A stretch of 64,000 nucleotides of DNA from a virus: IMG/VR virus record IMGVR_UViG_3300046485_000051, positions 1-64,000 of that record; one strand, given 5' to 3'. Position 1 is the stretch's first letter; each line of letters starts with the position of its first letter. The position numbers and the translations under genes were made by a program. Positions 51,948 to 59,610 of this stretch are shown piece after piece. The notes below the pieces were generated by a model. The model worked only from the letters and a program-made list of their open reading frames with translations. It did no database searches and had not been told where the DNA came from.

Positions 51948-53381
51948 TCAACACAAAAAATCGGAATCATTCAGAACGTCGAGATTAAAACTCTTCTGGG
52001 CGAGGCGCTCGGCGACAGTTTCCTCGTAGGTATCCGCGAAGTAAGTCGAGAATTGGAGCGAGCTTGCCCCACCGTCGCGGTTGACGCGGCCTGTGACCTG
52101 CTTGAACTGGCGACCGCTCTCGCAGGGCGAAATAAAAGTTGTGCGCTCGATCTGCCCGGTCGGGTCGTGCATGTTCGCGGACTCACCGCCGGCCTGAATG
52201 TTGCAGACCAGGGCGTCGAGTTGGTTGGCCTGGAATTGCTCCAGGTAGCGGAAGCGCTCGGTCTCGCCTTTCTTGCCGGCCTGCTCGCCGCTGATATAGC
52301 CGACCTTGTCGTTGCCGAATACTTTACGCAGGCCGTCAAAGAGCATGTGCAACGGCTCGGTGAAGTTGACAAAGATAACAACCTTGCTGGTCTGCGCGTA
52401 GTCGCTCGCCAGGTCTACCAGATGCGGCACCTTGAGCTTCTCCAGGCCCAGGCGGCACTTGATGGTGTCCTCTAGGGCGCTGGCTCCGTTGGCGTCATGC
52501 AGAGCGCTGGCGAGCTTCTTGGCCTTGCCGGTGTCGTCGGTCAGCAGCTTAATGTCAAGGACGGTTTTGGGGAAGTCGGGGATTTCTGCCTTGCGGATAC
52601 GCGCGCCGTGAAGGGGAAAGATTTCGCCGTGCAGGCGCTCGAAGGCTTTCTTCTGCTTCTCCCTGTCGGCGGAGAAATCAAAACCGCCGAAGGTCCCAGG
52701 TGTGCATCCGTGGCGCATGAGCCAGGACATATAATTCAAACGACTCGGCGGGGCCTTCTTGCTAAGCCCGTGCAGGCCGAGCGCGAAGCCCAGGGCCTTC
52801 ATCTGTCGCGGGTCGTCCGCCGCTGTGGCCGAGAGCGCGAGCACAAATTGAGCTTGACGCTTGGCAGCAATCAGCAGCTTCGAGTTTAGCGAAGTCGCCC
52901 CGCCGCAGCGGTGGGCCTCGTCAAAAATGATAAGAGCGTAGGCATTCTTCCAGCGGATGAAGCTACCCTGGCCCCAGGGGACTTCCTCGACCCAGTTGGT
53001 CGTCGCGACTGCACGCGGGGGTTGCGGTTCGGGGCGGAATTCAAGCGGCCAGCCGGCAGCATCAAAATCGGCATTCCACTTCTGCCGGGCCGTCTCGTAA
53101 GCGGCCTGAGCGACCGGGTCAACCGCGCGCCGGCCCCGAAGCTTCTCGTAGTTTACAAACTCCATGTCCACGCCGACGAGCTTGCCAAGGTGCTCCCAGC
53201 CGGCGCGCGAGGTCTTCGGGCCAATAACCAGCGGGACAACGCCCAACGCCTTGCAGATGAACAACGCGACGACCGTCTTACCGGTCCCGGTGTCCGAGGC
53301 GTCGAGCGCAGCCCCGTTCTTCTGAAGAATAGAAAGGAGCCGCACATAATGCGGCTCCTGATACGAACGGAGTTGAATCAT
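51948..53381 (-). CDS. SNF2/DEAD-like superfamily 2 helicase
   Basis: DASDTGTGKTVVAL (motif I), IIFDEAHRCGG (DEAH box) and TGRVNRDG (motif VI). Confidence 0.75.
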   Translation of the reverse strand: MIQLRSYQEPHYVRLLSILQKNGAALDASDTGTGKTVVALFICKALGVVPLVIGPKTSRAGWEHLGKLVGVDMEFVNYEKLRGRRAVDPVAQAAYETARQKWNADFDAAGWPLEFRPEPQPPRAVATTNWVEEVPWGQGSFIRWKNAYALIIFDEAHRCGGATSLNSKLLIAAKRQAQFVLALSATAADDPRQMKALGFALGLHGLSKKAPPSRLNYMSWLMRHGCTPGTFGGFDFSADREKQKKAFERLHGEIFPLHGARIRKAEIPDFPKTVLDIKLLTDDTGKAKKLASALHDANGASALEDTIKCRLGLEKLKVPHLVDLASDYAQTSKVVIFVNFTEPLHMLFDGLRKVFGNDKVGYISGEQAGKKGETERFRYLEQFQANQLDALVCNIQAGGESANMHDPTGQIERTTFISPCESGRQFKQVTGRVNRDGGASSLQFSTYFADTYEETVAERLAQKSFNLDVLNDSDFLC

Positions 53382-53684
53382 CTATTCAGCCAGGGCCATT
53401 CCCAGCAGCAAGCCCAGCCCTGCCGCTTTCAGCCGGTCGAGGCTGAAGCCCATCTGGACACCCTGGCCTTCGGCTGGCGTAATTTCTACGCCCACGGCCT
53501 CGCGGTCGCCGGGGTCCAGGCCGATACTGACTTTCATGGTCGAACCGTCCTGGCTCTGGGCCACGAAACCGGGCCGAGTCTGCCGGAATATGGCGGGCTG
53601 CGCAGGTGCCGGCGCTGGTGTTGCTGTTTTCGGAGGCGCTACACGCGCCACTCGCTTCTTCGTTTTGATTTTGCTTTTAGGCAT
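53382..53684 (-). CDS. Hypothetical protein
   Basis: 100 aa. Its stop abuts the SNF2 start codon. Confidence 0.45.
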   Translation of the reverse strand: MPKSKIKTKKRVARVAPPKTATPAPAPAQPAIFRQTRPGFVAQSQDGSTMKVSIGLDPGDREAVGVEITPAEGQGVQMGFSLDRLKAAGLGLLLGMALAE

Positions 53685-53687
53685 AGA

Positions 53688-54194
53688 TTAGGCAGTTGCT
53701 AACGAGAGGGCCGGTGCGGGGAATGGCTTACTCCGCAGCAGATGTGGCGTAGCGTCGCGCCAGGGTCTACCGCCGACATTGTGGCGCTTCAGTTCAAAGG
53801 CGAGTAGCTTCCCCGCCTGGAAGGCCCCGGCGATCTTGGCGCGCAGGAGTTTGACGGTCGAGTCGGCGAGCTTCTTGCCGCTGATAAGCTTCGCGGAGCA
53901 CCGGGCACGGACGCGCGGAATGCGTCGAGCGAGCTTGGCTAGCTGGTAGATGGTGTGCTTCTCCGTCCGGAGTTGGAAGCGCTCGACCGGGCCGGTGTAG
54001 GCTTCCGGCATCGGCGACAGGAACGGCTTCCGGCGGGCGATGACTTGCCACTCGCGGTGCAGGTCTCGGCGCGACGGCGCTTTAGGCTCGGGGTGGTAGT
54101 CGCCCGGGGCGATGAATTTCATACGGCTGCTGCCGAGTTTCTGATAGGCTTTCCAGGCGGCTTTCTGTTCAGGACTGTTGTTTTTATTACTCAT
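53688..54194 (-). CDS. Hypothetical basic protein
   Basis: 168-aa ORF. Confidence 0.45.
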   Translation of the reverse strand: MSNKNNSPEQKAAWKAYQKLGSSRMKFIAPGDYHPEPKAPSRRDLHREWQVIARRKPFLSPMPEAYTGPVERFQLRTEKHTIYQLAKLARRIPRVRARCSAKLISGKKLADSTVKLLRAKIAGAFQAGKLLAFELKRHNVGGRPWRDATPHLLRSKPFPAPALSLATA

Positions 54195-54236
54195 AATTGA
54201 TGTTAGTTTCGTTAATATTAGTTAAGAGAAAGTGAA

Positions 54237-54262
54237 GCGGAGGAGGGTCGGACTCCCCCGCT
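54237..54262 (-). repeat. 26-nt hairpin element, copy 1 (gcggaggagggtcggactcccccgct on the plus strand)
   Basis: Identical to 55072-55097. On the minus-strand RNA it forms a 9-bp stem with one G-U pair and a 7-nt loop, followed by a U-rich ttcactttctctt. Confidence 0.85.
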
Positions 54263-54269
54263 ATAGTTT

Positions 54270-55049
54270 TTAGTAAGCTTCAGCTTCTTCGCGGGTGATA
54301 AAGAAGTGAATGCCGCTAGAGCATTCAATCATGGGGTCTGGGTCGAAGGTATCCGGGCGCACGATCTGGCCCACGGCATACATGAAAGAATAGTCGTGCT
54401 GCGAGTGCCCTTCCCCTTCGAGGACGACTGCATACTCAGCGCGACACTTTCGCCCGATAAGGCCCCCGACACGCTTGGCCGCCGCCGGTATTTGGAGCTT
54501 GGAAATAGTCCCACCAGAAAGCTGTTTCCAGCCTACCAGGTCGCCTTCTGGCAGTATGGTGCGCTGCGAAAGCAGCTTGGACAGGTCGGCCCCGGACAGG
54601 TTGGCCCCGAACAGGTCGGCCCCGGACAGGTTGGCCCCGAACAGGTTGGCCCCGGACAGGTCGGCCCCGGACAGGTTGGCCCCGAACAGGTCGGCCCCGG
54701 ACAGGTTGGCCCCGGACAGGTTGGCCCCGAACAGGTTGGCCCCGAACAGGTCGGCCCCGGACAGGCTGGCCCCGGACAGGTCGGCCCTGGACAGGTTGGC
54801 CCCGGACAGGTCGGCCCTGGACAGGTTGGCCCCGAACAGGTTGGCCCCGGACAGGTTGGCCCCGGACAGGTTGGCCCCGGACAGGTCGGCCCTGGACAGG
54901 TTGGCCCCGGACAGGTCGGCCCCGGACAGGTCGGCCCCGGACAGGTTGGCTTTAGCAGCTATTGCCACCACCACGGCAGCGCCCAGGTATTCGGCATCCG
55001 TCTCGAAGAGAGTAGAGCCTGAATAGCGGTGTTTAATTTGAATCTTCAT
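54270..55049 (-). CDS. Pentapeptide-repeat protein (25 near-perfect A[ND]L[SF][GRK] units) with a globular C-terminal domain
   Basis: [25 protein letters not shown]... The C-terminal domain ends [16 protein letters not shown]. Confidence 0.8.
   Translation of the reverse strand: MKIQIKHRYSGSTLFETDAEYLGAAVVVAIAAKANLSGADLSGADLSGANLSRADLSGANLSGANLSGANLFGANLSRADLSGANLSRADLSGASLSGADLFGANLFGANLSGANLSGADLFGANLSGADLSGANLFGANLSGADLFGANLSGADLSKLLSQRTILPEGDLVGWKQLSGGTISKLQIPAAAKRVGGLIGRKCRAEYAVVLEGEGHSQHDYSFMYAVGQIVRPDTFDPDPMIECSSGIHFFITREEAEAY
54576..54950 (-). repeat. 15-nt periodic coding repeat x25 (pentapeptide array)
   Basis: cccggacaggt[tc]ggc-type units back to back over 375 nt. Confidence 0.9.
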
Positions 55050-55071
55050 ATTGTGCTTTAGTAAGGGGTTG

Positions 55072-55097
55072 GCGGAGGAGGGTCGGACTCCCCCGCT
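55072..55097 (-). repeat. 26-nt hairpin element, copy 2
   Basis: Identical to 54237-54262. Lies 12 nt after the DUF932-like stop and 22 nt before the pentapeptide ATG. Confidence 0.85.
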
Positions 55098-55109
55098 GGG
55101 GTTAAAGTC

Positions 55110-56219
55110 TTAGGCCACGAGTGCAATCAGCTTGCCGGCGCGGGTCTCCAGGTCAATCCGGCTGTCCACAAACTCGTAACCCCGGGCGTGGGCCGTCAGG
55201 CCGTTGACGAGGTCCCAGAGGTTGTCGCACTGGCCCTCTTCCTCGGTCGCCAGAGCGAACGCACCGCGAACCTCGGGCCGGGTGAAGCCATACTTGAGGC
55301 CAAAGGGAATCAGGGCGTCCGCGCCCTTCTTGCCGTCCTCGAACGGGAGGCGGTAAGCCTTGGCCTTGCGGACCTGGTCCTCGACGGGCTTCGCGCTGGC
55401 GTTGGTGTATTCGAGCAAGCGGGGGAAAGCCTCGTTGTCGAACCGGGCCGGCGCGCCCTGGCTGTGGCGGATAACCAACTCCGTAATGTCCTCGGCACCC
55501 CAGACAATATGGTTGCCGCAGGCATAGCGGAATAGGAAGGTCTTCAGACCGAAGCTCTTCGCGCCGGTCTCACTGTTCCAGACGAAGAAACCGCGATTGA
55601 GTTGGTCCCGGTCGCCGCCGCCGTCAACGATGCTGCCACCGTCAATCATAAAGGCGAAAACGTCATGGTCGCTGGCGTAAAGGCCGGAGTGCTTGCCGCT
55701 CCAATCTTTGGGGTTGAAGAACTTGCCACCGGACTTATCGACGATGCGCTGGACGGCGGCCACTACGTCGGCATCCCAAATGCGCCCGTAGGTGGTGCTG
55801 GTGACGGCGTTCAGGGTGTCAGAGGCGCTGCTCTCGCTCTCGACGGTGAGGAGCCGCAACTCTTCCTTGTCGGCCTGCTTGAGCGAGTGGTTAAGGTTCT
55901 GCGCGACCAGGTCGGTCGGCAGGTTGCGGAGGTAGCCGGCGGGGGCACCGATGCGCTGGCACAACTGGCCGAAGGCCCAGCTGGTCGGCGAGACAACCGC
56001 GCCGGAGCCGTTGGAGACAATTTCGACGCCCTTCTCACCGGCGGCCCGGACAGATACGTCCTGGAGCTTCGCGACCTTGCTGCGGCTGCGCGAGCGCCGG
56101 TCTGTAACCGACTGCGCAAGGGCGGCGAGGGTCTCGAAGCGCTGGTCCGCCGGCCGGTTCATCCACTGGGCGTTCGCGTCGTAGAGGTTTACGTTACTGT
56201 GTTTATTTACTGCGTTCAT
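55110..56219 (-). CDS. DUF932-like (phage/plasmid TIGR03299-type) protein
   Basis: GFFVWNSETGAKSFGLKTFLFRYACGNHIVWG resembles the DUF932 core (..NShDGs....fR.vC.Ng). Confidence 0.6.
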   Translation of the reverse strand: MNAVNKHSNVNLYDANAQWMNRPADQRFETLAALAQSVTDRRSRSRSKVAKLQDVSVRAAGEKGVEIVSNGSGAVVSPTSWAFGQLCQRIGAPAGYLRNLPTDLVAQNLNHSLKQADKEELRLLTVESESSASDTLNAVTSTTYGRIWDADVVAAVQRIVDKSGGKFFNPKDWSGKHSGLYASDHDVFAFMIDGGSIVDGGGDRDQLNRGFFVWNSETGAKSFGLKTFLFRYACGNHIVWGAEDITELVIRHSQGAPARFDNEAFPRLLEYTNASAKPVEDQVRKAKAYRLPFEDGKKGADALIPFGLKYGFTRPEVRGAFALATEEEGQCDNLWDLVNGLTAHARGYEFVDSRIDLETRAGKLIALVA

Positions 56220-56290
56220 TTTTCAGTTCTTTCGTTTTACGTGTTTTCGTTATGCGGTGGCGCTATCTATTAACGTCATCGACTGCCATC

Positions 56291-56318
56291 ACATTAACAA
56301 ACTCCCAAGAACCGTCAA
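56291..56318 (-). promoter_or_regulatory. Early promoter-like TTGACG-N16-TAATGT carrying the AGTTTGTTAATGT box
   Basis: On the minus strand, -35 is plus 56313-56318 and -10 is plus 56291-56296. Confidence 0.4.
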
Positions 56319-56348
56319 CAAATATCTTCAACAATCTTTTAGAATCTT

Positions 56349-56510
56349 TTACGAGGCTACAATAGAGCGGCTAATGAGCCATGCCAGCCACGCGGCCATG
56401 CCGAGCATTGTCAGCGCGGCTACCCATAAGGGCCAGAGCGGCGGAGGAGACCAGTCGCCGCAGTCCGGCCACGGCAGCGCGAATTCTGGGTTCTTGTGGT
56501 AGGCGCTCAT
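56349..56510 (-). CDS. 53-aa Trp/Pro-rich membrane peptide (doubtful)
   Basis: MSAYHKNPEFALPWPDCGDWSPPPLWPLWVAALTMLGMAAWLAWLI.., trimmed from ORF 56349..56564. Confidence 0.3.
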   Translation of the reverse strand: MSAYHKNPEFALPWPDCGDWSPPPLWPLWVAALTMLGMAAWLAWLISRSIVAS

Positions 56511-56634
56511 TTCCGGAAGAGGTTTCGGAGTGACCGGCTCCAGAGCCAGACGCAGACAGACCAAACGAGAGCGACGATTGCCACGTTGAAAGCGTGGTGC
56601 GTCGAGACCGGCAAAGTGTGGGCAATAGGAGGAG

Positions 56635-57459
56635 TCATACCTTCACCCCGTCGGCCTGGAGAGACTTTTGGTAATAGTAGGCGTTCACATTGGGCCAGAG
56701 GTTGCGCAACGAGTTGGGGGCGTTGGTGGCAAACCGATGAATGTAGGCGAAGCCCTCTTTGTCGCCGTCCAGGCGGTCGAGCATCACGTCGTAAAAGCTG
56801 GCGCTGTTGATGTGGTCGTAGCAGGCCAGGTGCTCAGCCCCAAACGCATACGCCTGAAGCTCAGTGCTTGTCAACATCCCGTAGAGGTTGGCGCAGCAGT
56901 CCCAGAAGACCGGTTTGCCCTCGATGAACTTAATGTCAGTCATAAAGGGGTTGCAGGGACAATACTCGCCAGCCTCCCGGTAAGTCCAGGGATACACTTC
57001 CTTGATGCGGCGGCGGAGCCCCGACGGGTTCGGGAAGAACATAAAGCTGGTGTGGATGCGGGGCACCGACACGCACTGCGCGAAATCATTCCAAATGCGC
57101 GGGACGTAGTAGCCGGCCAGCAAGGTATCCCCCGGAAACTCCCAGCCCTCACAGGGCTGCCAAAAAACAGTGTCGGCGTCCAGGATGACCAGTTGGTCGT
57201 CGGCCTGCTCGACCTGCCGGCTAATCCAGTCGGCCAGGTGGACCTTCTCAGGCAGCAGATGCCAGGCACAGCCGGCGTCAATCGCCTTCTGGGCGACCCT
57301 GGCCGTGGTGTCAATTCGCAGGTCGCCGGTCGGGGGGTTTATGTCCACACTGATATGCGCGGTCGGGAAGCCGACCCGGAGGCTGTCAAAGCAGAGCGTG
57401 CAGGCGTTGAAGTGTTCAGGCTTGGGGACGGTTACCAGGATTTTGACGGAGAGTTTCAT
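56635..57459 (-). CDS. Nucleotide-sugar transferase-like protein (DxD motif)
   Basis: LVILDADTVFW after a predicted Rossmann-like N-terminus (KILVTVPKPE). ORF trimmed to ATG 57459. Confidence 0.45.
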   Translation of the reverse strand: MKLSVKILVTVPKPEHFNACTLCFDSLRVGFPTAHISVDINPPTGDLRIDTTARVAQKAIDAGCAWHLLPEKVHLADWISRQVEQADDQLVILDADTVFWQPCEGWEFPGDTLLAGYYVPRIWNDFAQCVSVPRIHTSFMFFPNPSGLRRRIKEVYPWTYREAGEYCPCNPFMTDIKFIEGKPVFWDCCANLYGMLTSTELQAYAFGAEHLACYDHINSASFYDVMLDRLDGDKEGFAYIHRFATNAPNSLRNLWPNVNAYYYQKSLQADGVKV

Positions 57460-57573
57460 TCGTAGATAAAATAAGGGCGGTCGCAGCCGGGGGTAACCCG
57501 GGCTACTCTTTTGGGGGTGCCGGCCAGTGGGAGGGCGTCTGGGCCGCCAGCCGGACGGCGGACCCAAATAGGC

Positions 57574-57789
57574 TTAGCGTTCGGTGACGCGCGCTGGGTG
57601 ATAGCTTCGAGAATTTTTGTAACGAGCTTGCGCATGGTTCTTCTTGCGAGCGGCCTCGCGAATGCGCTTGGCGCACTTCGGGCCGTGGTTCTTGGTCAAC
57701 AGCGGTTCCTTGCCGCACAGTATGCACAGCCCTTGACGCCGCCGGTCTTCCTGCCATTTCTGTTGCCGGCTCTGCTTGATGTTCCTCAT
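57574..57789 (-). CDS. Basic zinc-ribbon-like small protein
   Basis: CILCG...HGPKC within a Lys/Arg-rich 71-aa protein. ATG lies 8 nt after the -10. Confidence 0.45.
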   Translation of the reverse strand: MRNIKQSRQQKWQEDRRRQGLCILCGKEPLLTKNHGPKCAKRIREAARKKNHAQARYKNSRSYHPARVTER

Positions 57790-57797
57790 TAACCTCA

Positions 57798-57826
57798 ATC
57801 ATAAGGACATTAACAAACTCCGTCAA
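57798..57826 (-). promoter_or_regulatory. Early promoter TTGACG-N17-TATGAT
   Basis: On the minus strand, -35 is plus 57821-57826 and -10 is plus 57798-57803. It contains the 15-nt box at 57807-57821. Confidence 0.45.
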
Positions 57827-58181
57827 CAGAATTGAGGACGGCTTTCCGGCGCTTGCGCAGCCGGTCGCGTGTCCGGACCACGTTCTGCCTCTGCTCGGTC
57901 AGCCGGAGCTTTTCGACGGCGACGCGGTAGCAGTCATCAATGGCGGACTGCCGGAAGCTGTCGGGGGAGCCGTCACCGGTCAACCAACGCCGCAGGGCAG
58001 AGCCGTTCATGTCGAGGGCGTCCGCTGCCTTGGTCTGGCTGCCGGCCATCCGGATAATCAGCCGCAGCTTGTGCAAAAGGCATTCCCGAAAGGAGGGCAA
58101 CTCCTGGAAGCCGGGCGGAGCCTCGCCCTGGACCAGGGCCGGCTCTCCGTAGCCGGGGCGGTAGGCTTCAGCTAAAGGCAT
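57810..58181 (-). CDS. Cro/CI-like helix-turn-helix regulator
   Basis: GSQTKAADALDMNGSALRRWLTG is an HTH. ORF 57810..58268 trimmed to ATG 58181. Confidence 0.55.
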   Translation of the reverse strand: MPLAEAYRPGYGEPALVQGEAPPGFQELPSFRECLLHKLRLIIRMAGSQTKAADALDMNGSALRRWLTGDGSPDSFRQSAIDDCYRVAVEKLRLTEQRQNVVRTRDRLRKRRKAVLNSVDGVC

Positions 58182-58458
58182 AGGCAACCTCGTCCTCCTC
58201 TGGTGACGGCCAGCCCTGGCGAATGTCCCGCTGCTTGCGCAGGACCTTGTGAAGGAACTCGGCGACACCGGCCGGAGCCAGGAAGGTGGGGTCGTCGAAC
58301 TTGACGATGCTGCCGCCTTGCAGCGAGGGGAACACCAGGCGCTTTTGGAAGATTAGGAATATCCGGTTGAGGGGAGTCAGCCAGAATTCGATTTCTCCGA
58401 TGTGGTGGAATCGCGTGCTCCCGTCTTTTGGGGCTTGTTGCTGGTCTCTATGCTTCAT
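58168..58458 (-). CDS. Hypothetical early protein
   Basis: 96-aa ORF, translationally coupled to its neighbours. Confidence 0.45.
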   Translation of the reverse strand: MKHRDQQQAPKDGSTRFHHIGEIEFWLTPLNRIFLIFQKRLVFPSLQGGSIVKFDDPTFLAPAGVAEFLHKVLRKQRDIRQGWPSPEEDEVAYAFS

Positions 58459-58748
58459 AGTTCGACGCGCAGAGCCGGCGCTTGGTGGGGCATGAGTTGA
58501 TTGCTGAACGCTAGGACCTTGCTAGTCGCCTGGTGGACAGCAAGGACGACCAGGTCCTTCTCCAGAGCCTCGTTAAGCATCTTGACTGTGGCCTCTGGCG
58601 TGAGGATGCGAAACTCTTCGTCCTGGGTATGGGCGAGCCAAAGGTTGTTTGGTTGGGGGTCGAAGCGCAAGGGCTTCGGTGCGATTTGAATGGTATAGCG
58701 CCACTCGGAATTGACAGCGACAAAGCTGTCGGTTGTGTGCATGGGCAT
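58455..58748 (-). CDS. Hypothetical early protein
   Basis: 97-aa ORF with ATGA overlap downstream. Confidence 0.45.
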   Translation of the reverse strand: MPMHTTDSFVAVNSEWRYTIQIAPKPLRFDPQPNNLWLAHTQDEEFRILTPEATVKMLNEALEKDLVVLAVHQATSKVLAFSNQLMPHQAPALRVEL

Positions 58749-58868
58749 ACTGTTACGACTTTCTGACTCTACTTCTACGCGGCCCTGGAACTTCTCACCG
58801 CTGACGGGGTCGGGCTACGCCCCGGGCGGAGGCTCGATGCTGTTATTAACATCATCAAGCTTGGTGAC

Positions 58869-58897
58869 ATTAAATACTAAACTTCTGGGACGGTCAA
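58869..58897 (-). promoter_or_regulatory. Early promoter-like TTGACC-N17-TTTAAT
   Basis: On the minus strand, -35 is plus 58892-58897 and -10 is plus 58869-58874. It carries a degenerate copy of the early box. Confidence 0.35.
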
Positions 58898-58980
58898 CAG
58901 ATTTCTTTATTTTTCTTCGACACCGTGGGGGAACCACCCCGGGGGACCTCCCCCATACCGAAACCCCCAGCAAACACGGC

Positions 58981-59169
58981 CTATTTTGCTTTAATCAGGC
59001 CGGCTTGCCTCAGTTCTTTTTCGACTAAGTCGAGGTCGAAGCGGACGATTCTTCCGATTTTAAGGAAGGAAATTCTCCGTGCCTGCATCCAGTTGGTGAT
59101 GGTCCGCTCAGTTACCGCGTAGCGGGCCGCCAACTCCGGCTTGGTCACAATCTGATTTAGTGTTTGCAT
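58981..59169 (-). CDS. xis: Excisionase-family (MerR-like HTH) DNA-binding protein
   Basis: MQTLNQIVTKPELAARYAVTERTITNWMQARRISFLKIGRIVRFDLDLVEKEL; 62 aa; divergent from int. Confidence 0.7.
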   Translation of the reverse strand: MQTLNQIVTKPELAARYAVTERTITNWMQARRISFLKIGRIVRFDLDLVEKELRQAGLIKAK

Positions 59170-59177
59170 TAGCGGGG

Positions 59178-59190
59178 GGTGTTTTACACC
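59178..59190. promoter_or_regulatory. Palindromic operator-like site GGTGT-TTT-ACACC
   Basis: Lies 9 nt upstream of the xis ATG. Exact reverse complement of the site at 59316-59328. Confidence 0.5.
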
Positions 59191-59315
59191 TATGGCAATG
59201 GGAACTAAACTAGGTAATTCCTTGCTTTTGCCCGGTGGGGAAATCCCCTCCGTAGGGCTACAGCCAGTGCTGGGCTTGGCATTCCACGCTTGCGGGTAAG
59301 CGGATTGCGTGCGAC

Positions 59316-59328
59316 GGTGTAAAACACC
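59316..59328. promoter_or_regulatory. Palindromic operator-like site GGTGT-AAA-ACACC
   Basis: Partner of 59178-59190. Followed by an A10 run at 59334-59343. Confidence 0.5.
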
Positions 59329-59364
59329 GTGAGAAAAAAAAAAGCTGTAAAGAAACCTGCGAGA

Positions 59365-59610
59365 ATGGGATTGACGACCCTCGGCGAACGCCACTACCTT
59401 CCCGACGTGCCGAACAAACGAAGGGCTGGGATGGTCTTTCTGGGCGGTTGGGTGCCGAAAGCCTGGAAAGACAGTCTAAAGGAAGTCGCTGCCCGGGAGA
59501 CGGGCGGAAACCTAGCGCTTGCTGCTAAACACCTAATCGAAGAAGCCCTGGCGGGCCGGGAGGAAACCCAGAAGCGGCCCAAGAAGAAAGCGGCAAAGCG
59601 TGTCGGCTAA
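59365..59610 (+). CDS. Ribbon-helix-helix (CopG/Arc-like) protein
   Basis: MVFLGGWVPKAWKDSLKEVAARETGGNLALAAKHLIEEAL fits a strand-helix-helix layout. ORF trimmed to ATG 59365. Confidence 0.5.
   Translation: MGLTTLGERHYLPDVPNKRRAGMVFLGGWVPKAWKDSLKEVAARETGGNLALAAKHLIEEALAGREETQKRPKKKAAKRVG

Noticed and set aside
54306-55022. Plus-strand ORFs encoding [10 protein letters not shown] and [10 protein letters not shown] repeats.
   Set aside because: They are antisense or out-of-frame readings of the pentapeptide-repeat array. The minus-strand A[ND]LSG reading has a proper start, a C-terminal domain and operon context.
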